Part shown: in pieces, positions 18,908 to 25,812 of the stretch
Layout of the letters: the number at the start of each line of letters is the position of its first letter
Numbering within the stretch: the stretch's first letter is position 1
Source: Mycobacteriales bacterium
GTDB lineage: Bacteria > Actinomycetota > Actinomycetes > Mycobacteriales > SCTD01
NCBI GenBank assembly: GCA_038255675.1
Contig: JBBSLB010000002.1
Span: 1 to 34,976 of the forward strand
Length of the DNA: 34,976 nt
Reading direction: 5' to 3'
Made by a program: the position numbers and the translations under genes
Notes under the pieces: generated by a model
The model's input: only the letters and a program-made list of their open reading frames with translations
Told to the model about the DNA's origin: nothing
Database searches by the model: none

Positions 18908-20344
18908 GTGCAGCTGCCGGACGGGTGGGTCGTCGTGCTCAAGCGCGACTGCCCCACGTGCACCCTCGTCGAGCCGGTGCTGCACCAGCTGGCTGATGCC
19001 GGCGGGCTGACCGTCTACAGCCAGGACGACCCGGGCTTCCCCGCCGGCCTGACCGTCGTCGACGACAGCGAGCTCGAGTCGAGCTGGCGGCTGCAGGTCG
19101 ACACCGTCCCGACGCTGCTGCGGGTGGAGGACGGCGCCGAGGTCGCCCGTGCCGTCGGTTGGCTCCGCAGCTCCTGGGAGGAGCTGACCGGGGTGACCGG
19201 GCTCGGCCCCGACCTGCCCGACCACCGGCCCGGCTGCGGCTCCCGCTCGGTCGAGTGGGGCGTCGAGGAGGAGCTCGACCGGCGGTACGGCGAGCGCATC
19301 CTGACCGCCCGCACCGTCGAGCTGGCCGACCTCGAGGACGAGTACGAGGCGGCGTACGCCCGCGGCTGGACCGACGGCCTGCCTGTCGTCCCGCCGACCG
19401 AGGCGCGGGTTCTGGCGATGCTGAAGGGCACGTCGCGCGCGCCGGACGAGGTCGTCGCCGTCGTGCCGCCGGACCTGGTGGAGTGCACCGTCGAGAAGGT
19501 CGCGGTCAACGCGGTGCTGGCCGGCTGCCTGCCCGAGCACCTGCCGGTGGTCCTGGCCGCCGTTGCCGCGGCCTGCACCGACGGCTTCAACATGCACGGC
19601 GTGCTCGCCACGACGATGCCGGCCGGCCCGGTCGTCGTCGTGAACGGCCCTGTGGCGCGGGCGATCGGCATGAACAGCGGGGTGAACGCGCTCGGGCAGG
19701 GCAACCGCGCCAACGCCACGATCGGCCGGGCGCTGCAGCTCGTGGTCCGCAACGTCGGCGGCGGCCGCCCCGGCGAGGTCGACCGCGGCAGCCAGGGCCA
19801 ACCGGGCAAGTACACCGCCTGCTTCGCCGAGGACGAGGAGGGCTCCCCCTTCGACCCCCTGGCCGAGAGCCGTGGGGTCGAGGGCTCGGCCCTCACCCTG
19901 TTCGCCGGCTGCGGCTGGTGGCCCGTCGTCGACCAGCTGTCACGCACCCCGGAGTCGCTGGCCCGCAGCCTCGCGGCGGGCCTGCGCGGCGTCGGCCACC
20001 CCAAGCTGGCGATCGTCTTCGACGCGCTGCTGGTGCTCAGCCCCGAGCACGGCCGGGTCTTCCGCGAGGCCGGCTGGGACCGCGCGCGGCTGCTGGCGGA
20101 GCTCGACGGGCTGCTGACCGTCCCGGCCGCTGAGCTCTCCCGCGGTGTCGACGGCATGGCCGAGGGGATGCCACCGGCCATGATCGCCGGTTGGGGCCAG
20201 GCCGTGCCGCTGCCGAAGTTCCGCCCCGGCGGCCTGCTCATCGCCCACGCCGGCGGCACCGCCGGGCTGTTCTCGACCATCGTGCCCGGCTGGGTCAGCG
20301 GCGCCGGCGGCAGCGAGCCCACCACCGTCCCGATAGGAGCCTGA
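18908..20344 (+). CDS. Thioredoxin-like (CPTC) domain fused to a ~350-aa conserved domain of unknown function; partner of the two selenoprotein candidates
   Basis: Only the 3' part of the 834-aa track ORF (17840-20344) is credible. From GTG 18908 it reads VQLPDGWVVVLKRDCPTCTLVEPVLHQLADAGGLTVYSQDD...DTVPTLLRVEDG (thioredoxin-like), then ...ARGWTDGLPVVPPTEARVLAML...VAVNAVLAGCLPEHLPVVLAA...GVNALGQGNRANATIGRALQLVVRNVGGGRPGEVD.... The region upstream of 18908 is antisense to the ResA-like gene. The stop overlaps the next start (TGATG). Confidence 0.7.
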   Translation: MQLPDGWVVVLKRDCPTCTLVEPVLHQLADAGGLTVYSQDDPGFPAGLTVVDDSELESSWRLQVDTVPTLLRVEDGAEVARAVGWLRSSWEELTGVTGLGPDLPDHRPGCGSRSVEWGVEEELDRRYGERILTARTVELADLEDEYEAAYARGWTDGLPVVPPTEARVLAMLKGTSRAPDEVVAVVPPDLVECTVEKVAVNAVLAGCLPEHLPVVLAAVAAACTDGFNMHGVLATTMPAGPVVVVNGPVARAIGMNSGVNALGQGNRANATIGRALQLVVRNVGGGRPGEVDRGSQGQPGKYTACFAEDEEGSPFDPLAESRGVEGSALTLFAGCGWWPVVDQLSRTPESLARSLAAGLRGVGHPKLAIVFDALLVLSPEHGRVFREAGWDRARLLAELDGLLTVPAAELSRGVDGMAEGMPPAMIAGWGQAVPLPKFRPGGLLIAHAGGTAGLFSTIVPGWVSGAGGSEPTTVPIGA

Positions 20345-20859
20345 TGCGCGTCCTGCTGGATCCCACGTCCGAGCGCGTTCCCTCGACGCGCACCCTGAAC
20401 CCGCGGCCTGCCTCGCTCGACGGACTGACGGTCGGGCTGCTCGACATCTCCAAGGCGCGCGGTGACGTGCTGCTCGACCGGCTGGAGTCCCGGCTCGTGG
20501 CCGATGGGGTGACCGTCCGGCGCTACGCCAAGCCGACCTTCGCCAAGCCCGCGCCGGTTGACCTGCGGCACGAGATCGCCGTGCAGTGCGAGGTGGTCAT
20601 CGAGGCGCTCGCCGATTGAGGCAGTTGCGCGTCGTGCAGTGTGCACGACATCGCCGACCTCGAGGCCCGCGGCCTGGTGGGGGTCTTCCTGGCCAGCAGC
20701 GAGTTCCAGGACGCCGCCGACGCGCAGTCGCGCGCACTCGGCCTTGCCGTGTCCTACGTCCTGGTGCCGCACCCGATCCAGGACCGCACCGACGAGGAGA
20801 TGACGGCGCTGGCCGATGCGGCGTACGACGCCGTTCTGGCGGCAATTACGGACAGATAG
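20344..20859 (+). CDS. UGSC-motif small selenoprotein candidate; the in-frame TGA at 20617-20619 is read as selenocysteine (U92)
   Basis: ATG 20344 is preceded by TAGGAG. Track ORFs 20191-20619 and 20641-20859 are in the same frame, 21 nt apart. Read-through gives ...CEVVIEALAD-U-GSCASCSVHDIADLEARGLVGVFLASSEFQDAADAQSRALGL...VLVPHPIQDRTDEEM...ITDR. This is 171 aa with the motif U-x-x-C-x-x-C. Confidence 0.75.
20631..20649 (+). promoter_or_regulatory. Candidate bacterial SECIS stem-loop for the UGSC gene
   Basis: GUCGUGCA-GUG-UGCACGAC is a perfect 8-bp stem, or 7 bp with loop AGUGU. It starts 11 nt after the UGA, and the loop contains G-U. This is the canonical spacing for bacterial SECIS elements. 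Confidence 0.6.
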
Positions 20860-20946
20860 CGAGATGTCGCCCCGTCACCCGTTCAGAGGTTGATCCGACC
20901 GGCCGAGGAGAGGAGCATCGGCCAAGAGACCGAACGGGGGTGCGGC

Positions 20947-21225
20947 GTGGACAACGACCGGGATCACGAGCTGCTGGCCCACTTCTGGAGCCTGCACGCC
21001 GCTGTCATCAAGCGCGACGGCCTCGAGGACCGGATGCGCGCCGGCGTGCTCGACCAGGAGCTGCTCGACCGCAGCCTGGCCGCCGCGGAGGGCGTGCTCG
21101 AGGCCAGATCGGCGCTCTACCGCCACCTGATGGCCCATGGCTGGACGCCACCACCCGCGCTGGTGCGCGACCTCGCCTACGACGAGATCGTGCTGTCGGA
21201 GACCGACGGCGCGCTGCACGGCTGA
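20947..21225 (+). CDS. Hypothetical small protein
   Basis: High-GC3 frame reading VDNDRDHELLAHFWSLHAAVIKRDGLEDRMRAGVLDQELLDRSLAAAEGVLEARSALYRHLMAHGWTPPPALVRDL.... The start is ambiguous (TTG 20890 or GTG 20947). I recognise no family. Confidence 0.45.
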   Translation: MDNDRDHELLAHFWSLHAAVIKRDGLEDRMRAGVLDQELLDRSLAAAEGVLEARSALYRHLMAHGWTPPPALVRDLAYDEIVLSETDGALHG

Positions 21226-21294
21226 CCGAGCGGGTGGAGCGCCAGCACCGTGTGAACGCGACCGGGCCAGGGCCGGCGGGTGTAGGACTCCTGC

Positions 21295-21765
21295 GTGAGC
21301 GAACCTGTCGAGCACCGCGGTGAGAGTCCGCTCCAGCGCGCCGACCGCAACTGGGACGAGCTGCTCGGGGAGCTGCGGGTCACGCAGACCGGCGTCGCAA
21401 TCCTGTTCTCGCTGCTGCTGACGGTGCCGTTCTCGGCCGGCTTCGAGGACGTCGACCGCTTCCAGCGCCGCGTCTACCTCGTGGGGCTGCTGCTGGCCGC
21501 CGCGTCGTCCGTCGTGCTCATCGCTCCGGTGGCCTACCACCGCGGCCTGTTCGCGCACCGGCAGAAGCAGGCCGTCGTGCGCGCTTCGAACCGCTTCGCC
21601 GTCGTCGGTCTGGCCCTGCTCTGCCTGGCGCTGTCGGCGGTGCTGCTCCTGGTCGCCGACGTGCTGCTGGACCGCGGCGCAGCGGTCGCCATCGCCGGGG
21701 TCTTCGGAGTGGCGACCGCCAGCCTGTGGTTCGCGCCGGCGGCACTGCGGCGACGCGCGCTCTGA
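21295..21765 (+). CDS. DUF6328-family membrane protein
   Basis: 156 aa reading ...RADRNWDELLGELRVTQTGVAILFSLLLTVPFSAGF..., followed by further TM helices. The RNWxELLQELRVxQTGVQILF motif is characteristic of DUF6328. Confidence 0.7.
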   Translation: MSEPVEHRGESPLQRADRNWDELLGELRVTQTGVAILFSLLLTVPFSAGFEDVDRFQRRVYLVGLLLAAASSVVLIAPVAYHRGLFAHRQKQAVVRASNRFAVVGLALLCLALSAVLLLVADVLLDRGAAVAIAGVFGVATASLWFAPAALRRRAL

Positions 21766-21769
21766 GGGG

Positions 21770-22207
21770 TCAGCGGCGGCGCAGGGCGCTCACTACCCCC
21801 CATGGCAGGGCGACGAGGACAGCGGTCAACGGCCCCAGCCCGAGCACCACGAGGAACAAGAAGGCCCCGTCGCTGCCGGTGTCACTGCGCAGCAGCAGGA
21901 TCGAGGCCACCGCGAGCAGCCCCACCCCGGAGCCGATCGCGGCGACCCAGTGTCGGACGAGGTCGTTCGTCTCGGGCGCGTGCCGATACGGCCGGAGCAC
22001 CCGCGCTGCGCTGTAGGCCATCGGCACGACCGCGAAGGGCAGCAGCATCCCCAGGACCCCGCCGGCGACCTGCCCGAGCCGCAGCACCTCGGCGGCCAGC
22101 GCAGACCACAGCGCGAGGGCGGGCGCCAGCGCCAGCGCCAGCACCCGGCGAGGGCCGTCGGCCTGGGTCCACCCGCGCCGAGGGTCGAGCACCGCCGAGG
22201 TCGCCAC
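21770..22207 (-). CDS. Hypothetical membrane protein
   Basis: 145 aa with a GTG start and about 4 hydrophobic helices. It lies 17 nt downstream of the MFS gene on the same strand. Confidence 0.5.
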   Translation of the reverse strand: MATSAVLDPRRGWTQADGPRRVLALALAPALALWSALAAEVLRLGQVAGGVLGMLLPFAVVPMAYSAARVLRPYRHAPETNDLVRHWVAAIGSGVGLLAVASILLLRSDTGSDGAFLFLVVLGLGPLTAVLVALPWGVVSALRRR

Positions 22208-22224
22208 CCTGGACCGTAGTGCGG

Positions 22225-23514
22225 TCAGTCCTCGGTGACGCCCAGGTCGAGCCGCCGGACGTGCACGTGCGGGCGCCGCCGCGCCAGGTGCGCCTCGACC
22301 TTGAGCGAGCGGACCCGCGTCATGACGACCGCCGCGACGATGCCGGACAGCGCGGTGACCACGCCGCCCAGGATGATGCTGCTGCGCGGCCCGAACGCCT
22401 CGGCCAGCGCGCCGATGAGCGGCGCACCCACGGGCGTCCCGCCCAGGAAGACCAGGATGTAGAGGGCCATCACCCGACCGCGCACCTCGGGCGCGCTGCC
22501 GAGCTGGATGATCGAGTTCGCTGTCGTGGTGAAGGTCAGGACAGCCACCCCCGTCGGCACGAGCAGCAGCGCCATCACCTCGTACGACGGGGCGAGGCCG
22601 ACGAGCACCTCGAGCAGGCCGAAGACGAGGACGGCGGCGAACAGCGTCCGCTGGCGCGGCGGGCCCCGGCGTCGCGCGCTGGCGAGCGCACCGACCAGCG
22701 AGCCGACGGCGAGGAACGCCGACAGCAGCCCGTACGCCCCGGCGCCACGGCCGAACACCTCCTTGACCACGAGCGCGAGCGTGATCTGGAAGTTCAGCCC
22801 GAAGGTCCCGACCATGAAGACCAGCACCATCGGCACGAGCAGGTCCGGTCGCGCCCTGACGTAGGCCAGCCCCTCGCGCAGCTGGCCCTTCGCACGGACC
22901 AGCCTCTTCACCGGTTGCAGGTCGGCCGTGCGCATCGCCTGCAGGCCGGCCAGGACGGCGACGTAGGACAGGGCGTTCGCGGCGAAGACCCAGCCGGTGC
23001 CGACGGCCGCGATCGCGATGCCGGCGACGGCCGGGCCGACGATGCGGGCGGAGTTGAAGGTGGCGCTGTTGAGGCTGACCGCGTTGGGGAGGTCGTCGGG
23101 GCCGACCATCTCGCTGACGAAGGCCTGCCGCACCGGGGTGTCGACGACGGACGCGAGCCCCAGGCCGAAGGCCAGCGCGTAGACGTGCCAGAGCTGGACC
23201 GAGCCGGTGAGGTCGAGCACGGCCAGGACGAGCGCGAGGATGCCCATCGCGGCCTGCGCGCCGAGCAGCAGGCGGCGCTTGTCGTACCGGTCGGCGAGCA
23301 CGCCCCCGTAGAGGCCGAACAGCAGGACGGGCAGGAACTGCAGCCCGGTGGTGATGCCCAGCGCGATGCCGGAGTTGCCGGACAGCTCCAGGACCAGCCA
23401 GTCCTGCGCCACGCGCTGGCCCCAGGTGCCGGACAGGCTGATCACCTGGCCGGAGGCGAACAGCCGGTAGTTGCGGTTGCGCAGCGACCGGAAGGTGCCG
23501 TGGCCGTCGGTCAT
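22225..23514 (-). CDS. MFS transporter (MFS_3 / EntS-like family)
   Basis: 429 aa reading MTDGHGTFRSLRNRNYRLFASGQVISLSGTWGQRVAQDWLVLELSGNSGIALGITTGLQFLPVLLFGLYGGVLADRYDKRRLLL.... ATG 23514 overlaps the MarR stop (ATGA). Confidence 0.88.
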   Translation of the reverse strand: MTDGHGTFRSLRNRNYRLFASGQVISLSGTWGQRVAQDWLVLELSGNSGIALGITTGLQFLPVLLFGLYGGVLADRYDKRRLLLGAQAAMGILALVLAVLDLTGSVQLWHVYALAFGLGLASVVDTPVRQAFVSEMVGPDDLPNAVSLNSATFNSARIVGPAVAGIAIAAVGTGWVFAANALSYVAVLAGLQAMRTADLQPVKRLVRAKGQLREGLAYVRARPDLLVPMVLVFMVGTFGLNFQITLALVVKEVFGRGAGAYGLLSAFLAVGSLVGALASARRRGPPRQRTLFAAVLVFGLLEVLVGLAPSYEVMALLLVPTGVAVLTFTTTANSIIQLGSAPEVRGRVMALYILVFLGGTPVGAPLIGALAEAFGPRSSIILGGVVTALSGIVAAVVMTRVRSLKVEAHLARRRPHVHVRRLDLGVTED

Positions 23515-23939
23515 TCGCTGGCCAGCCGGTCGAGGACCTCGGCCGCCCGCTCCAGCACCTCGCGGTCGGCGGGGTCGAGCGCCCGCAGCCGCTGCGCCAG
23601 CCAGGCCTCCCGGCGGCGACGGTCCTCGCGGAGCAGGGCGACCCCGGCCGGGCTCGCGGCGAGCAGCACCTGCCGGCCGTCGGTGGGGTGGTCGGTGCGG
23701 GTGGCCAGCCCGGCGGCCTCGAGCGAGGCGGCGATCCGGGTCATGCTCGGCGGCTGCACCCGCTCGGCGTGGGCGAGCTCGCGCGGGGTCAGCGGACCGT
23801 GCCGCTCCAGCGTCGCCAGTGCGGCGAGCTGGGTCAGGGTCAGCGAGGTGTCGGCGCGCTCCGACCGCATCCGCCGCGCGAGCCGCATGACCGACAGGCG
23901 CAGGGCACTGGCGAGGGCGGGAGCGGTGGCAGGCGGCAC
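23511..23939 (-). CDS. MarR-family transcriptional regulator
   Basis: 142 aa reading ...LTLTQLAALATLERHGPLTPRELAHAERVQPPSMTRIAASLEAAGLATRTDHPTDGRQVLL..., a winged-helix MarR pattern. Confidence 0.88.
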   Translation of the reverse strand: MPPATAPALASALRLSVMRLARRMRSERADTSLTLTQLAALATLERHGPLTPRELAHAERVQPPSMTRIAASLEAAGLATRTDHPTDGRQVLLAASPAGVALLREDRRRREAWLAQRLRALDPADREVLERAAEVLDRLASE

Positions 23940-23986
23940 GTCTCGTGCAACTCGTTCGCCCTGCTAACTATTTCCTCCACGTTCGG

Positions 23987-25447
23987 CTACCCGATCAGCG
24001 CGTTCTCGATCGGCTCGATGGCGAAGTAGATGATGAACAGCGCAGCGATGACCCACAGCAGCGGGCTCACCTCGCGACCCTTGCCCTGCGTCGACTTGAG
24101 CAGCGCGTAGCTGATGAAGCCGGCGCCGATGCCGTTCGTGATGGAGTAGGTGAACGGCATGAGCACGATGGTGAGGAAGGCCGGGATGGCGATCGCGTAG
24201 TCGTCGAAGTCGATGTTGCGGATCTGCGTCAGCAGCAGGAAGCCGACGATGACCAGCGCGGGCGAGGCCGCCTCGAACGGCACCACCGACACCAGCGGGG
24301 TGACGAGCAGCGCTCCGAGGAACAGCAGCCCGGTGACGACGCTGGCCAGCCCGGTGCGCGCGCCGTCGCCGACACCGGCGGCCGACTCGATGTAGGTCGT
24401 GTTCGACGACGCGGACGCCGCACCGCCGGCAACGGCGGCCAGGGAGTCGACGAGCAGCACGCGATCCGCACCGGGCAGGCGGCCCTCCTCGTCGAGCAGG
24501 CCGGCCTCCTGGCCGACGCCCACGACCGTGCCCATGGTGTCGAAGAAGTCGGCCAGCATCAGCGTGAAGACGAGCAGCAGCGCAGCGACGACGCCGACCC
24601 GGGCGAAGCCGCCGAACAGCGAGAAGTCCCCCAGCAGCGACAGGTCGGGGAGGTCGAAGACCGAGTCGGGCAGCGTCGGGACGTTGAGCTGCCAGGCGTT
24701 GGGGTTGACCTGTTCGGGCGACACGAAGGACGGCCCGATGTCGAAGACCGCCTCGACGACCATGGCCACCACCGTGGTCACGACGATGCCGATGAGGATC
24801 GCGCCGCGGGTCTTGCGGGCGACGAGGACCGCCGTGAGCAGCAGCCCGAAGACGAACACCAGCGTCGGCCACCCCTGCAGCTCGCCGCCGACGCCCAGCT
24901 GCACCGGCACCGGCCCGACGTCGGTGCGACGCACGAAACCTGCGTCCACCAGGCCGATCAGGGCGATGAACAGGCCGATCCCGACGCTGATGGCGGTCTT
25001 GAGCTGGAACGGGATCGCGTTGAAGACCGCCGTCCGCAGCCCGACGAGGACAAGCACCGCAATGACGATGCCCTCGAGCACGACCAGCCCCATCGCGTCG
25101 GCCCAGCTCATCTGCGACGCCACCGAGAAGGTGACGAACGCGTTGAGCCCGAGGCCGGTGGCGATGGCGAACGGGTACTTGCCGATGACGCCCATGAGGA
25201 TCGTCATCACGGCGGCGACGAGCGCGGTCACGGCGGCGACCTGCGGGATGCCCAGGACGCGACCGTCCACGTCCGGCACGGTGCCGATGATGAGCGGGTT
25301 CAGCACCACGATGTAGGCCATCGTGAAGAAGGTCGCCGCCCCGCCGCGCACCTCCTGGCGGACCGTGGAGCCGCGCTGGCTGATCATGAAGTAGCGGTCG
25401 AGGCGGCTCGAGGCGCCGGTCCGGGTGCTGGTCTCCTGCGTCGTCAT
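23987..25447 (-). CDS. NCS2-family purine (adenine/guanine/hypoxanthine) permease, AzgA/PurP-like
   Basis: 486 aa reading ...LDRYFMISQRGSTVRQEVRGGAATFFTMAYIVVLNPLIIG...SNTTYIESAAGVGDGARTG.... Confidence 0.9.
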   Translation of the reverse strand: MTTQETSTRTGASSRLDRYFMISQRGSTVRQEVRGGAATFFTMAYIVVLNPLIIGTVPDVDGRVLGIPQVAAVTALVAAVMTILMGVIGKYPFAIATGLGLNAFVTFSVASQMSWADAMGLVVLEGIVIAVLVLVGLRTAVFNAIPFQLKTAISVGIGLFIALIGLVDAGFVRRTDVGPVPVQLGVGGELQGWPTLVFVFGLLLTAVLVARKTRGAILIGIVVTTVVAMVVEAVFDIGPSFVSPEQVNPNAWQLNVPTLPDSVFDLPDLSLLGDFSLFGGFARVGVVAALLLVFTLMLADFFDTMGTVVGVGQEAGLLDEEGRLPGADRVLLVDSLAAVAGGAASASSNTTYIESAAGVGDGARTGLASVVTGLLFLGALLVTPLVSVVPFEAASPALVIVGFLLLTQIRNIDFDDYAIAIPAFLTIVLMPFTYSITNGIGAGFISYALLKSTQGKGREVSPLLWVIAALFIIYFAIEPIENALIG

Positions 25448-25494
25448 GGCGCAGAGGGTGCCAGAGCCGCCGACCCCGGGCGTACGGTGTCGCC

Positions 25495-25761
25495 GTGCCG
25501 AGCCGCCGGATCGCCCGCCCCGACCCGCCGCCGCTCGAGACCGACGACGTCAAGGTGGTCGCCGTCGGCACCGCAGCGTGGGCCCTCGGTCTGCTGGTCC
25601 TGCTGGGCCTCGCGGCCACGGACGCGGCCGACGTCTCCGGCTGGTGGATCGGGATGTGCGTGTACGGCATCGCTCTCGGCCTGTTCGGCATCCGCTACTG
25701 CCAGCGCCGACGCGCCGCGATCGAGCGCGACAAGGCCCGGGGCATCCCGCAGGCCTCCTGA
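25495..25761 (+). CDS. DUF2530-family small membrane protein
   Basis: 88 aa with a GTG start and two TM helices (VVAVGTAAWALGLLVLLGL and WWIGMCVYGIALGLFGI). The gene is divergent from the NCS2 permease, which I recall as a common arrangement in actinobacteria. Confidence 0.6.
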   Translation: MPSRRIARPDPPPLETDDVKVVAVGTAAWALGLLVLLGLAATDAADVSGWWIGMCVYGIALGLFGIRYCQRRRAAIERDKARGIPQAS

Positions 25762-25770
25762 CCCCTTCCT

Positions 25771-25791
25771 GACACCAGGCCTGTTGGTGTC
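25771..25791 (+). terminator. Hairpin GACACCA-(7 nt)-TGGTGTC downstream of the DUF2530 gene
   Basis: 7-bp perfect stem with no U-tract, immediately followed by AAGGAG upstream of the GMC oxidase gene. It could be a terminator or an attenuator. Confidence 0.3.
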
Positions 25792-25812
25792 AAGGAGTCC
25801 GGCGTACGGTGC

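Noticed and set aside
18542-20619. Alternative explanation for the two in-frame TGAs: genuine stops, pseudogenisation, or sequencing errors.
   Set aside because: Not favoured. Both TGAs fall exactly at predicted redox-Cys positions. The frame and GC3 bias continue unbroken. Each is followed by a hairpin at SECIS distance. This occurs twice in one cluster. It cannot be excluded without checking for sel genes elsewhere, so confidence is kept below 0.8.
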